From the IMG/VR virus record IMGVR_UViG_3300005617_000584: a DNA stretch of 64,000 nt; one strand, given 5' to 3'. The DNA is from an uncultured virus (IMG/VR IMGVR_UViG_3300005617_000584). Taxonomy: Duplodnaviria; Heunggongvirae; Uroviricota; Caudoviricetes. Shown here in pieces: positions 26,368 through 35,829 of this stretch. Below the pieces are notes generated by a model. That model was not told the origin of the DNA. It did no database searches and was given only the letters and a program-made list of their open reading frames with translations. A program made the position numbers and the translations under genes. How positions within the stretch are numbered: position 1 is the stretch's first letter; each line of letters opens with the position of its first letter.

Positions 26368-26978
26368 TGCTCGATCTGCCGACGCTGCTCAATAAATACA
26401 AGATGCAGGTCCACGGCATTCTGCACGTGGGCGCCCACTTCGCCGAAGAGGCCCAAACCTACGTGGACTATGGGCTTGAGCCGGTCACCTGGGTCGAGGC
26501 GAACCCGAAGCTGATCGGCCGCATCAAGAACAACACCTATCCCTTTGGCCATCGTGTGATCGAAGCCTTGGTCTACAGTGCGGACGACGTGGAGCTCGAC
26601 TTCCACGTCACCAATCAAGACGGCATGTCTTCCTCGCTCCTCGACCTGGGCACGCACAAGCAGTTCTCGCCCGAGACGGTCTACATCGAGCACGTCCCCA
26701 TGCGGACAGTGACGATCGATACACTCGTGGCCCGCCACAACATCGACGCCAACTTCCTCGTGATGGACATCCAGGGCGCGGAACTCCACGCGCTCCAGGG
26801 TGCCACCAAGCTCGTCAAGGATTTGCAGTACGTGATGATGGAAGTTAACACGGCTGACGTGTACGTGGGCTGTGCCCAGCTGGCCGAACTCGATACGTTC
26901 CTGAGTGAGTTCCGCCGTGTGGAAACCTATATGGTCCCGAACCAGGGTTGGGGAGACGCGTTATGGATTCGCCTGTAG
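26364..26978 (+). CDS. FkbM family methyltransferase
   Basis: HVGAH, VEANP, SSSLL, MDIQGAEL, WGDAL. Confidence 0.92.
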   Translation: MMLDLPTLLNKYKMQVHGILHVGAHFAEEAQTYVDYGLEPVTWVEANPKLIGRIKNNTYPFGHRVIEALVYSADDVELDFHVTNQDGMSSSLLDLGTHKQFSPETVYIEHVPMRTVTIDTLVARHNIDANFLVMDIQGAELHALQGATKLVKDLQYVMMEVNTADVYVGCAQLAELDTFLSEFRRVETYMVPNQGWGDALWIRL

Positions 26979-27709
26979 AGATCGATGTGCTCATCACGAG
27001 CCGGAACTGTCAGCCTTGGATTCAGCGCTGTATCGATAGTGTGACGTCCCAGGAGCACCAGCCACGCACGGTCTTCTTGGTGGATGATGCGACTCCGGAC
27101 CGAGAATACCTCGATCGTCTCATTGACATCACGGTCCCGCTGGCCAACTTCGCGCTCCTCCTCAACAACACGCGCCAGGGGAAGGGCAAGAACCTATGGG
27201 ATGGTATCCAGATCATCGATACCCCACCTGAAGGCGTGATCTTCATCCTGGACGGCGACGACTTCCTGCCACCTGGCGCCCTGAAGCGGATCGCGGAGGT
27301 CTACGCCGATCCCGAGGTGTGGCTCACCTACGGCAACTACGAGCCCTATCCTCATAATACCGGACAGACGAAGGCGTCGGCCTACCCTCCGGAAATTCTC
27401 ACCGCCCGCAGTTTCCGTGCGGAGCGCATGGTCAAATTCAACCATCCCCTGACGTTCCGGCGGCACCTTTGGGATCATCTTGAACCGGCGGATTTGCAGG
27501 ACGATCACGGGAAATGGTTCCTGGTAGGGTCGGACTTCGTGATCATGATGCCGTTGTTGGAGATGGCGGCGCCCACCCATCTCAGATTCCTTGATGAGAC
27601 GCTCTACCGGTACAACGCTGTGAATCCGCTCAGTGATGTCTTCACCGAGCTTCCCGCCGTCGAGGAGTCCCGTGTCATCCTCAACCGGCCGAAGAAAGCC
27701 GCCTTATGA
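26948..27709 (+). CDS. Glycosyltransferase family 2
   Basis: VDDAT, LDGDDFL, LYRYN; start uncertain. Confidence 0.88.
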   Translation: MGRRVMDSPVEIDVLITSRNCQPWIQRCIDSVTSQEHQPRTVFLVDDATPDREYLDRLIDITVPLANFALLLNNTRQGKGKNLWDGIQIIDTPPEGVIFILDGDDFLPPGALKRIAEVYADPEVWLTYGNYEPYPHNTGQTKASAYPPEILTARSFRAERMVKFNHPLTFRRHLWDHLEPADLQDDHGKWFLVGSDFVIMMPLLEMAAPTHLRFLDETLYRYNAVNPLSDVFTELPAVEESRVILNRPKKAAL

Positions 27710-28497
27710 ATGACGATGTTGCAATGCGCCGTCCGCCTGTGATCGATCGCGTCCGGGAGTACTGGGATCGCCGTCCCTGCAACATCCGCCACAGCACCGC
27801 GCCCGTCATGAGCTTGCAATATTCCCAAGAGGTGACGGCGCGCAAATACACGATCGAACCGCATATCCCGGAATTCGCCCAGTTCTGGCGCTGGACCGGT
27901 AAGCATGTGCTCGAGATCGGCTGCGGGATCGGCACGGATACGCTCGAGTTCGCCCGCTCCGGCGCGAACGTAACTGCCGTCGATCTCTCGCGCCCATCGC
28001 TGGACATCTGCCAGCATCGCCTCAATGCCGAAGGCCTGACCGCCACCCTCGTTCTCGGTGATATCGAACATCTCCCGCCCTTGGGCCGCCCGCAGTTCGA
28101 CCTCATCTATGCGTTCGGGGTGCTGCACCATACCCCCAATCCCGCCCTCGCGCTCCGTAACTTTCTCCACTACATGACGCCCACCACCGAGCTTCGGATC
28201 ATGATGTATGCGAAATACTCGTGGAAGAACTTGATGATCCACCTGAACAAGGATCAGTACGAGGCCCAGGCGGCGTGTCCCATCGCCAACACCTACAGCG
28301 CGGATGCGCTGACGAAGCTGCTGTATCCGCTCCGCATCCAGTCTATCGAAAAGGCCCATATCTTTCCGTGGAAGATCGACAAGTACGTGAAGTACGAGTA
28401 CGAGAAGGTCTGGTACTTCCGCTGGATGCCCGCCGCCATGTTTGCGTTCTTGGAGCGGCAGCTCGGGTGGCATCAACTGGTGGTCGCGACCCGGTGA
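27706..28497 (+). CDS. Class I SAM-dependent methyltransferase
   Basis: VLEIGCGIG, VDLS, FDLIYAFGVLHH. Confidence 0.92.
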   Translation: MNDDVAMRRPPVIDRVREYWDRRPCNIRHSTAPVMSLQYSQEVTARKYTIEPHIPEFAQFWRWTGKHVLEIGCGIGTDTLEFARSGANVTAVDLSRPSLDICQHRLNAEGLTATLVLGDIEHLPPLGRPQFDLIYAFGVLHHTPNPALALRNFLHYMTPTTELRIMMYAKYSWKNLMIHLNKDQYEAQAACPIANTYSADALTKLLYPLRIQSIEKAHIFPWKIDKYVKYEYEKVWYFRWMPAAMFAFLERQLGWHQLVVATR

Positions 28498-29219
28498 GCT
28501 GGATCGGGGAACGGTATCCCGGGTACTTCGAGATCTGCAAACTCGCGGTGGAGTACGCCTCGATCTACCGGCACTTCAAGAGCCACCCGGAATATCGCTG
28601 GATCCTCGAGCACTGTTCGTTCGAAGACGGCCAACGCTACCTCGAGCGCATCAACACCGAATTCCCTAGCGCCATTTCGGGCCGTGAGCGCAGCTACTAC
28701 CTCACGAACGATCAGATCGGGGGTCCCATTACCTTCGACTATGGCAACCCGATCGGGTGGATCTCACCGTCGACGTTGCGCTACATCATGCTGGGCGCGG
28801 ACATCCTGCGACGGTTTACACCTACGCTGCCGCTCTGGACCGCGAATATCCTGGAGATCGGACCGGGGTACGGTGGGCAGTGCAAGATCCTCCATGATAT
28901 GACGCCCTGGAAATCGTACGCGATCATCGATGATCCCCGCGTCGAACCCCTCACGTTCAAGTACCTCCAGGAGTTCAACATCCAGGCCCACAGCCATCGC
29001 CACATGGGCCACGCCTACGATCTGGTCATTTCCAATTACGCGTTCTCGGAATTCGATGATGCGCTCCAGCGCTGGTATTACGAGAACTGCCTGGAGACCG
29101 CTGCTCATGCGTTCCTGCTGTGCACGGCCCCCGTGATCCCTGAAGTGCTGGCCAAGGCCACGGCGCGGGAGCCCGAGAATCCGCTGCGCAATCCCGACAA
29201 CTACCTGTTGACGTGGTAA
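28494..29219 (+). CDS. Putative sugar O-methyltransferase
   Basis: SPSTLRY, ILEIGPGYGGQC, DLVISNYAFSE. Confidence 0.85.
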   Translation: MSWIGERYPGYFEICKLAVEYASIYRHFKSHPEYRWILEHCSFEDGQRYLERINTEFPSAISGRERSYYLTNDQIGGPITFDYGNPIGWISPSTLRYIMLGADILRRFTPTLPLWTANILEIGPGYGGQCKILHDMTPWKSYAIIDDPRVEPLTFKYLQEFNIQAHSHRHMGHAYDLVISNYAFSEFDDALQRWYYENCLETAAHAFLLCTAPVIPEVLAKATAREPENPLRNPDNYLLTW

Positions 29220-29749
29220 TCCACGAGAATGGCCTCAAGGTCGACGATCGGGTTGGGCATCCTTGTAAGTGCGGCTGCGGCGAGCTAACGTTCGGCGAGT
29301 ACCGCCGAGGTCATAACCCCCGCAATACCACCACCCTCGAAGAGAAGAAGCAGCGCGCCCTCGACCATTTCTGGGAGAAGGTGCGGAAAACGCCGACGTG
29401 CTGGGAGTTCACCGGCAGCCTCACCCAGGACGGCTACGGCCAGGTGCACAACGGGGAGAAGCTGATCGGCGCCCATGTGTTCGCCTGGGAGCTCCTGCAC
29501 GGCAAGCTGCCGAAGGGCTTGGAGCTCGATCACGTGAAGTGTGGCAACCGGAAGTGCGTGCGGCCGCTGCATCTCGAGGCGATTCCGCACGATGAGAACG
29601 CGGCCCGCGTGGCAGGCCGCTCGAGCTCGCTCGGCCGTTTCTGCCCGAAAGGCCATGAATACCCTCCAGGACCAGCGCTAATGACTGGGGGCCGCCGACG
29701 CTGCTGGACATGCGCTGGCGGTAAATCGCGCAAGATAATGAGGTTCTAA
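29213..29749 (+). CDS. HNH homing endonuclease
   Basis: CKCGCG, CWEFTG...GYG, LDHVKCGNRKCVRPLHL...EN, CPKGH. Confidence 0.88.
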   Translation: MVIHENGLKVDDRVGHPCKCGCGELTFGEYRRGHNPRNTTTLEEKKQRALDHFWEKVRKTPTCWEFTGSLTQDGYGQVHNGEKLIGAHVFAWELLHGKLPKGLELDHVKCGNRKCVRPLHLEAIPHDENAARVAGRSSSLGRFCPKGHEYPPGPALMTGGRRRCWTCAGGKSRKIMRF

Positions 29750-29750
29750 T

Positions 29751-29954
29751 ATGCCAGCACCAACGCTGTTCGTAACCTTCTGGGGCGAAGGCTATGCCGT
29801 CTGCACCACTCACAGGACCCTCGCGGCCGCGCAGCGCGCCGTCGCCAAGTGCGAGCGGGATCCCCGCGCCGCGAAGCATCGGATCTTCCAACTCACGGAA
29901 TATCCCAAGAAGCCGCTGCTACGGGTCACGAATGTCCGCCGCCAACTCATCTAA
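29751..29954 (+). CDS. Small hypothetical protein (paralog of 5259-5468)
   Basis: WGEG..CTTH...AVAKCERD...HRI. Confidence 0.65.
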   Translation: MPAPTLFVTFWGEGYAVCTTHRTLAAAQRAVAKCERDPRAAKHRIFQLTEYPKKPLLRVTNVRRQLI

Positions 29955-30663
29955 GGTTGCCGTGGCTGAAACCAGGGTCGCGGTGTGCGTGCCGGTGTTG
30001 AATTGTTTGCGCTATACGTGTGAGTTCTTTTCGAGCCTCTCATTCGGGAATCATGAAGAGGTGGTCGTGGACAATGCCTCGACCGATACGACCCAATCCT
30101 TCTTTAAGGAGAAGATGGCCTCAGTAACGTATCTGCGAAATTCGACTCCACGGTGCGTGGCAGCAAGCTGGAATCAGCTGCTCACGCATGCATTCGCCAA
30201 TGGCGCCACCCATGCGGCGGTCTTCAATAACGATGTGGTCTTGATGCCTGATACCATCGCGGCGCTCCTAAGATGGCATGAGCGTGGGCTCGAGGTGCCG
30301 ACCGTGGTAGCTGTCCCTGGTGCTACGCCAACATGCTTGAAGGGCTACATACCTAGGCTCGAAACGAACAAGCCGGGTGATTTTTGTGGATTTATGCTAA
30401 CTAAATTTACATTCGACAGGGTTGGCCCTTTCGATGAAGAGTTCGAGGTTGCTTACTGCGAGGATCTAGATTGGGCTTTGAGAGCCCGACAGAAGGGCTG
30501 CGTAGTTGCCAGTTGTCTAGATGCCGGTGTTTTTCACTGGGGTAGTCGAACAATTCGTGAGGGCGGAGTAGACAATGGCCCCTCTTTTTTAAGAAATGCA
30601 GCGTATTTCAAGAAAAAACACGGTATGCATTACGAAGAAGCCCGGCAACTGCTTACGATGTAA
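29932..30663 (+). CDS. Glycosyltransferase family 2
   Basis: VVDNASTD, NNDV, GPFDEEF...EDLDW, HWGS. Confidence 0.9.
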   Translation: MSAANSSKVAVAETRVAVCVPVLNCLRYTCEFFSSLSFGNHEEVVVDNASTDTTQSFFKEKMASVTYLRNSTPRCVAASWNQLLTHAFANGATHAAVFNNDVVLMPDTIAALLRWHERGLEVPTVVAVPGATPTCLKGYIPRLETNKPGDFCGFMLTKFTFDRVGPFDEEFEVAYCEDLDWALRARQKGCVVASCLDAGVFHWGSRTIREGGVDNGPSFLRNAAYFKKKHGMHYEEARQLLTM

Positions 30664-31126
30664 GTGACATGATCTCTCCACGGATGATGGCACGGCTTGC
30701 GAGCTCATCAGCCCGGTCATTCATTATGTGGCCAGAGTGTCCCTTGACCTTGTTCCATGAAATCTTGTGCCGCTGGTTCTCGACCAGGAGCGCTTCCCAG
30801 AGATCGCGATTTGCGACTGGTCGTTTCTTCGTCTTTTTCCCGAGCATCCAGTCATTCTTCGCCCAACTCACGTACCATTTTTGGACGAAGAAGTTGATGA
30901 CGTAGGCACTGTCACTATAGACGTAGACCCGGCACGGTACCTTGAGAGCCTGCAACCCGTAGAGCACGGCACTCATCTCCATGCGCTGGTTGGTCGTATT
31001 GGGATGCGATCCGCTCACTTCGCGCTCGCGCCCCTTGTATTGCAGAATCGCGCCCCAGCCACCAGATCCAGGATTTGGCTCGCATGCTCCATCGGTGTAC
31101 ATATGTACCAGTGGGAGCTCATCCAT
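30653..31126 (-). CDS. rnhA: Ribonuclease HI
   Basis: YTDGACEPNPG.GGWG, TTNQRME, SDS.YV, NRDLW, VKGHSG..NDRADELA. Confidence 0.96.
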   Translation of the reverse strand: MDELPLVHMYTDGACEPNPGSGGWGAILQYKGREREVSGSHPNTTNQRMEMSAVLYGLQALKVPCRVYVYSDSAYVINFFVQKWYVSWAKNDWMLGKKTKKRPVANRDLWEALLVENQRHKISWNKVKGHSGHIMNDRADELASRAIIRGEIMSLTS

Positions 31127-31221
31127 GAAAGCACCTCGCTGATTTTCAATTACGAGTTCTGGAAATCACGTGATACGTAGTCTAGCATGACAAAAAGAAC
31201 GAAGACGGTGGTATATTTTAT

Positions 31222-31735
31222 ACATGGGCTGGAGTAGGAATGGGGGCGGGAGCCCTATCGATTCGACCGCCAGTAGCACTGCCACTGAGCTCCGGAGACA
31301 CCGGAGGGAACCCAATCAGGGCCGCGAAACCTCAGCCGGGAGAGGCGCATCCCAGCTAACCGAGCGTAACGAATTTAGGGAGCCCATTATCCGTGATGTA
31401 GCTCACGGATCGACTCTCCCACCTCGCCCTGAGCCGCGCCAGGTTGTTACTGACGTGTATACCGAGAACCGAGGGTTCGTACGTCACGAGGGAGCTACTT
31501 CGGTGAACAGACTGCGAAACGCCCCAAAACTGTGAAAAAAGTCTCAGAAACCTAGCCAGGGGCCGAACAGCAGTCATCTCCGCTCCAGAGTGTACTGAGC
31601 CGGTGATCTCAGTGCATTTCAGCAATCCGGCGTTTTTGGTTATTCTCTCTCTTAGAGCTACATAAGGCAGAGAGAGGACCAAGGGGATTGCTGTACACCC
31701 TTTTCACTGCTAGGGTTCTCGGTCTGCCTACATGT
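31222..31735 (+). ncRNA. Large structured intergenic RNA candidate with group I intron-like core motifs
   Basis: Pairings tcagggc 31316-22/gccctga 31426-32, gggagag 31338-44/ctctccc 31414-20, gactg 31510-14/cagtc 31571-75, gcccc 31521-25/ggggc 31559-63, cagcaatcc 31620-28/ggattgctg 31685-93. No convincing ORF. Confidence 0.5.
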
Positions 31736-31811
31736 CAAGTTTTTCGTCTAAGTTGCCAAAAAAGTCACGAATAGTTGATTTGAGAAAATTTTGGCCCCAA
31801 AATTGAATTAG

Positions 31812-31994
31812 ATGGAAAAAGAACTGATCACTGGCTACAGTCCCTCTGTCTCGGGAACAGTCCCGCGCCATGGCCTGAGTGCCTCCATTTCGCTGGCATT
31901 AGCGAAGCGAGATCTGCCAATTCGGCTCATCTTCGAAGGTACGACTTTTGTGGTCGAGGCCCATGGCCAAGATCTGGTCTTGAAAAGGCTCTAA
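31812..31994 (+). CDS. Small hypothetical protein
   Basis: 60-aa ORF directly before the protease gene, after AT-rich promoter-like DNA. Confidence 0.5.
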   Translation: MEKELITGYSPSVSGTVPRHGLSASISLALAKRDLPIRLIFEGTTFVVEAHGQDLVLKRL

Positions 31995-31996
31995 AC

Positions 31997-33340
31997 GTGG
32001 AAACTGGAACCCTCAGTCTAGAAGCATCCAACGTCGTGGCGGGTGAAGAAGCCAAGGCGTTGATCTCGGAACTGAAGGCGACCAATGCGCTCTTCGCCGC
32101 GATTGACGGCACCACGAATACCCATTTCGTCGTGTTTGATTTGACGACCATCGGCCGGGCCTCCCAGCACGCTGGAGCCACCAAATACGTGCTCGCTGAA
32201 TCCGGCCTTGACGCTGCGCTCCCCACCCTGATCTCCAAGCCGCTGCACGTGACCGCGAAGTATGACGCCCACTTTGATGCGCGGAAGGCTCCCAAGCCGA
32301 TTGGGGTGTTCCTGGGGAGTGCGGTCATCAAGAACGCGGACGGCACCTCGACGGTGCGTGCGGTCGCCTCGCTCTGGAAGAGCGACTTCCCGGACGAGAT
32401 CAAGGAGATCCAGGCCAACATCGCATCCCTGGGGGCGTCCTATGAAGTGGCCTATCCGATGTTGGCGGCATCGAAGGATGGCGACATCGTCACAATTTCG
32501 CAATATGAATTCTCTGGCGGCGCGATTCTCACGAAGGCAACAGCGGCGCACCCAGAGACGCAACTTCTAGTCGCGGACGCGATAGCGGAAAAGGTCATCA
32601 AGGAAGTCGGGGAACAGATTACACGCGAGCTCGGCGGCGGAGATAAGAACAAGAAGCTCATCAAGGCAGCTCATCAAGGAGGCAACACTATGCCGAAGTA
32701 CGCAGGCATTCCTGAAGAGCTGGAGACCGTCGTCGACGCGTATGTGGCTACCGCTTGCTCGTCAGCGACCAAGGATCTCCAGAACGAAAAGTCGGCTGTA
32801 ACGACCGCGATGGAAGACATGAAGAAGGAAAAGATGAAGTGCGAGGCGACGATCGACTCGCTGACCAAGGCTCAGGCTGAGGATGTCGATGCCAGTGCCA
32901 AGCTGGCCGAGGAACTGACGGCGGCCAAGAACAAGCTGGTCGAGGCGACCACGAAGGTGGAGAAGCTCGAGGCAGATCTCGCGGCATCCAGCAAGACGCT
33001 GGGTGAGTACGCCGAGGCGGCTGCCGTGATCGCCGACAAGGCGAAGGTCGACGCGACCTGGACCACGCTCAAGGCCGATTGGGGCCTGAATGACACGCAG
33101 CGCGACAAGCGCGAATCGCTCCTGTCGAAGCTGGCACACGCCAAGGAGCCTCTGACACCGGAAGAGTTCCGTGAACTCGTTGCTGGTGGAGCGAAGGCTG
33201 CTGCAGCAGAGAAGGCTGGCGCGAAGTTTCCGCTGATGGCTGGAAATGGCGAACAGAAGGAAGCCGATGAAAAGGCGATCGCTGAATTCATGCCTGCGGC
33301 GTTCTGGAAGCTCAACGCTAACCGCGCTCTTTACCGGTAA
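31997..33340 (+). CDS. Prohead protease fused to scaffolding domain
   Basis: N-terminal protease-like region (KPLH...H, GASYE, FSGGAIL...A), C-terminal coiled coil; precedes the capsid genes. Confidence 0.8.
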   Translation: METGTLSLEASNVVAGEEAKALISELKATNALFAAIDGTTNTHFVVFDLTTIGRASQHAGATKYVLAESGLDAALPTLISKPLHVTAKYDAHFDARKAPKPIGVFLGSAVIKNADGTSTVRAVASLWKSDFPDEIKEIQANIASLGASYEVAYPMLAASKDGDIVTISQYEFSGGAILTKATAAHPETQLLVADAIAEKVIKEVGEQITRELGGGDKNKKLIKAAHQGGNTMPKYAGIPEELETVVDAYVATACSSATKDLQNEKSAVTTAMEDMKKEKMKCEATIDSLTKAQAEDVDASAKLAEELTAAKNKLVEATTKVEKLEADLAASSKTLGEYAEAAAVIADKAKVDATWTTLKADWGLNDTQRDKRESLLSKLAHAKEPLTPEEFRELVAGGAKAAAAEKAGAKFPLMAGNGEQKEADEKAIAEFMPAAFWKLNANRALYR

Positions 33341-33354
33341 GAGGAGACACTCAC

Positions 33355-33780
33355 ATGGCTGCCAAGATCATCGCATACAACACCAATTCGGTGTACGGAG
33401 GGCCGCCTCGTCCGGGGTCCATCGCGCTCCTGATTGAAGGAATTGTCGTGGGCCTCAACACGGGTGGGGAAATCTGCCCGGGGGACTGTCGTTCCGCGAC
33501 CAAGGTCGTGGCTCGGGGCTTCTTGCTCCAGAGCTCAGGTCTTACCGACACACTGGGGAACACGCTTCAGCGTATCCGCCGGATGTCGTACACACACGAA
33601 GGCAAGGTCGGCAACCTCTCGGGTCTTACCCCGGGCGCAACGTATTACTTGACCTCTGGGGGTGCTCTCCAGACCGCGAAGCCTGCAGGAGCCACTGGTG
33701 ATATCGACCAGGAAGTTGGCTATGCCGAGTCGGCGACGGTTCTGGTGATCAAGATCGGCCCCCAGGTTGTTCACGCTTAA
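33355..33780 (+). CDS. Capsid decoration/cement-like protein
   Basis: GLTPGATYYL...G...Q.VGYA.SAT motif; between scaffold and major capsid genes. Confidence 0.75.
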   Translation: MAAKIIAYNTNSVYGGPPRPGSIALLIEGIVVGLNTGGEICPGDCRSATKVVARGFLLQSSGLTDTLGNTLQRIRRMSYTHEGKVGNLSGLTPGATYYLTSGGALQTAKPAGATGDIDQEVGYAESATVLVIKIGPQVVHA

Positions 33781-33796
33781 CCCGAGGTAGCAAACT

Positions 33797-34801
33797 ATGC
33801 CTGGTGGGTACGTAACACTCGACGCGATTGACCTGAACGAAATCTGGTACGGCTGTATCGTCCCAGCGGTAGACGGCTACCGGCGTGTGGATCTGCCGAT
33901 GATCACTTCGCTCGCAATGACCTGGCCGGAACAGATCATGAAGTATGGTCTGACAGCGGCCAACGGGTTCCAGCTGCTGGCTCCTGGGGAGCGCCCGACT
34001 CGGAAGTTCGTGGAAGTTGCGACCGCCTATCCGTTTGTCGATAAGTACGGCTACGGTGTAGGTAGCGATCTGGATACGATCCAGCGCAGCACGGGCCGCG
34101 AAGTCGCCATGGCCTTCAACCGCCCGATGATGGAAGACCCTGAGAACGTTCTGGTGCGCTTTCTCGAGCGCATGATGATCGACCCGGGGACGGCCAATGT
34201 CGGTGGCGGGTTCTACAATGGGGAATTTGCGACCGCCGAGCGAATCACGGCACCGCCGCGCTACGGGCAGCAGATCTTCAACGCGAACCACACCCACTAC
34301 ATCGCGTCCAATACATCGGCCACGTTGGACCTGGACGATTTCACTGAGATGAAGCAGACAATCCTCCATCACGGCCACCGTGGTCAGCTGATGGCCTTCA
34401 TCAACTCCAATGGCGCGCAAGCGCTTGAGGACCTGGCGTCCTGGAATAGCGCCACGATCACCCGCTCGCCGATCTCCGATATGGTCTCGGTGGACGGGTT
34501 CGGTCAGACCTTCCAGCTCTTGGGCATTACGTTCCACGTCACCGAAATGATGCCGACGGGATACGTGCTCATGGTGGAAGGCAACAACGCGCAGAGCGAG
34601 CGCGCCCTGATCATGTTTGAGCCTGCGAATATTCGCGGTCTCCGCATGCACCCGGGTCCGATGAACGATTATCCGTTGGTGGAAGCGTTCTTCGACCGCT
34701 GGTTCGGCGTGAAGGTGTGGCAGCGCGGCGCTGGTGTGTGCCTGTACTACGGGACGCACTCCGGTTCCTATGTCGACCCCACGTTCACCACTGTTCCTTA
34801 A
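33797..34801 (+). CDS. Major capsid protein
   Basis: 334 aa; position after protease/decoration genes; followed by a strong hairpin. Confidence 0.8.
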   Translation: MPGGYVTLDAIDLNEIWYGCIVPAVDGYRRVDLPMITSLAMTWPEQIMKYGLTAANGFQLLAPGERPTRKFVEVATAYPFVDKYGYGVGSDLDTIQRSTGREVAMAFNRPMMEDPENVLVRFLERMMIDPGTANVGGGFYNGEFATAERITAPPRYGQQIFNANHTHYIASNTSATLDLDDFTEMKQTILHHGHRGQLMAFINSNGAQALEDLASWNSATITRSPISDMVSVDGFGQTFQLLGITFHVTEMMPTGYVLMVEGNNAQSERALIMFEPANIRGLRMHPGPMNDYPLVEAFFDRWFGVKVWQRGAGVCLYYGTHSGSYVDPTFTTVP

Positions 34802-34807
34802 ATAGCC

Positions 34808-34842
34808 TTAGTGGTGCTGGTCTTCTCGGCCAGCACCACTAA
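34808..34842 (+). terminator. 15-bp hairpin after the capsid gene
   Basis: ttagtggtgctggtc-ttctc-ggccagcaccactaa; no U tract. Confidence 0.55.
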
Positions 34843-34858
34843 GTAGCAAGGAGATCAA

Positions 34859-35302
34859 ATGGCAAGAGAGCGAGTCACCCCCGAAAAGCCCCCCGTTGCT
34901 TCCGCGAAGTCCAAGACGGCTCCCATCGATCCGACGCAGTACATCATCAAGCGTGGATTTACGCATGACGGCATTGTCTTTGGCCGGGGTGAGCCCGTGC
35001 CTGCGATGACGACCCGCTCCGCTGAAACGCTTCGAGCGGAAGGTAAGATTGCCCTGCTCACGGAAGAAGGTGTCGTCGAGACACGATTTGCCCGCGTGCC
35101 CGAGAACGTGAATGACTACATGCGCGGCAATGATCTCACGGTCATGCAGCGGATCCGTGCCAATCCCCCGTCCATCGCGGACCTCGAGGAAATTGTCGAG
35201 CGGGCCAAGCGCGGCCGCACCCAGTTGTTTCGGGAGGCGCTTGCCGTGGTCCTTGATCTTGCGCGTGCTCAGGAGAAGCCACCGAAGAAGGACAAGCCCT
35301 AA
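34859..35302 (+). CDS. Hypothetical head-associated protein
   Basis: aaggag RBS; position after the major capsid gene. Confidence 0.7.
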   Translation: MARERVTPEKPPVASAKSKTAPIDPTQYIIKRGFTHDGIVFGRGEPVPAMTTRSAETLRAEGKIALLTEEGVVETRFARVPENVNDYMRGNDLTVMQRIRANPPSIADLEEIVERAKRGRTQLFREALAVVLDLARAQEKPPKKDKP

Positions 35303-35718
35303 TGCCCGGCTGGCATCTTACGATCTACGGTGGTGCCCATCTGGTGAGCGCCATGGGAGCGGAACCGATCGTGGTCGAAGGTGATGGTCCGATGCCGATC
35401 CTGCTGTCTGTGCCGTTGCCGCCCCCCGTGGTCTTCGTGCCGCCTGAACCTCCGCCGACTGGCCTGCCCTTCGTATGGCCCCCGCAGCCTGGATTTACTC
35501 CTGAGGATCCCGCTGAGCGTTATTTCGGATTGGGCCAAGGCTTCTACGCTGCGCTGCCTACCTATCAGAATCCGCTCCCAGCGTCCAATATGTATGCGGG
35601 TGAGGTCGCGCCGGGCGTGACGTTTGAGGGCCGTGCGATCGGTGGATTGCGGCTCTGGGCGCCTCACGATGCGCCGGGCGATACTATCCGGAGAGTGCTC
35701 GCTATCGGTCGTCCGTAA
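35302..35718 (+). CDS. Pro-rich hypothetical protein
   Basis: TAATG-coupled. Confidence 0.6.
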   Translation: MPGWHLTIYGGAHLVSAMGAEPIVVEGDGPMPILLSVPLPPPVVFVPPEPPPTGLPFVWPPQPGFTPEDPAERYFGLGQGFYAALPTYQNPLPASNMYAGEVAPGVTFEGRAIGGLRLWAPHDAPGDTIRRVLAIGRP

Positions 35719-35829
35719 TGCTCTGGAAGAGCCGTGAAGTGACATGTGTGATGTGTGGAGAACGGCGTTGGACGATCCAGCCGGTGCCTTATACGTGCCA
35801 GCGATGTATCGAGACGAAAGCGAGGCCGC

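Noticed and set aside
31242..31526. tmRNA (gggggcg...gattcgac start, cgcccc end)
   Set aside because: No T arm or CCA at the 3' end, and cgcccc pairs better with the downstream ggggc.
30653..31735. Retron or diversity-generating retroelement (RNase H plus ncRNA)
   Set aside because: No reverse transcriptase and no template/variable repeat pair found in the window.
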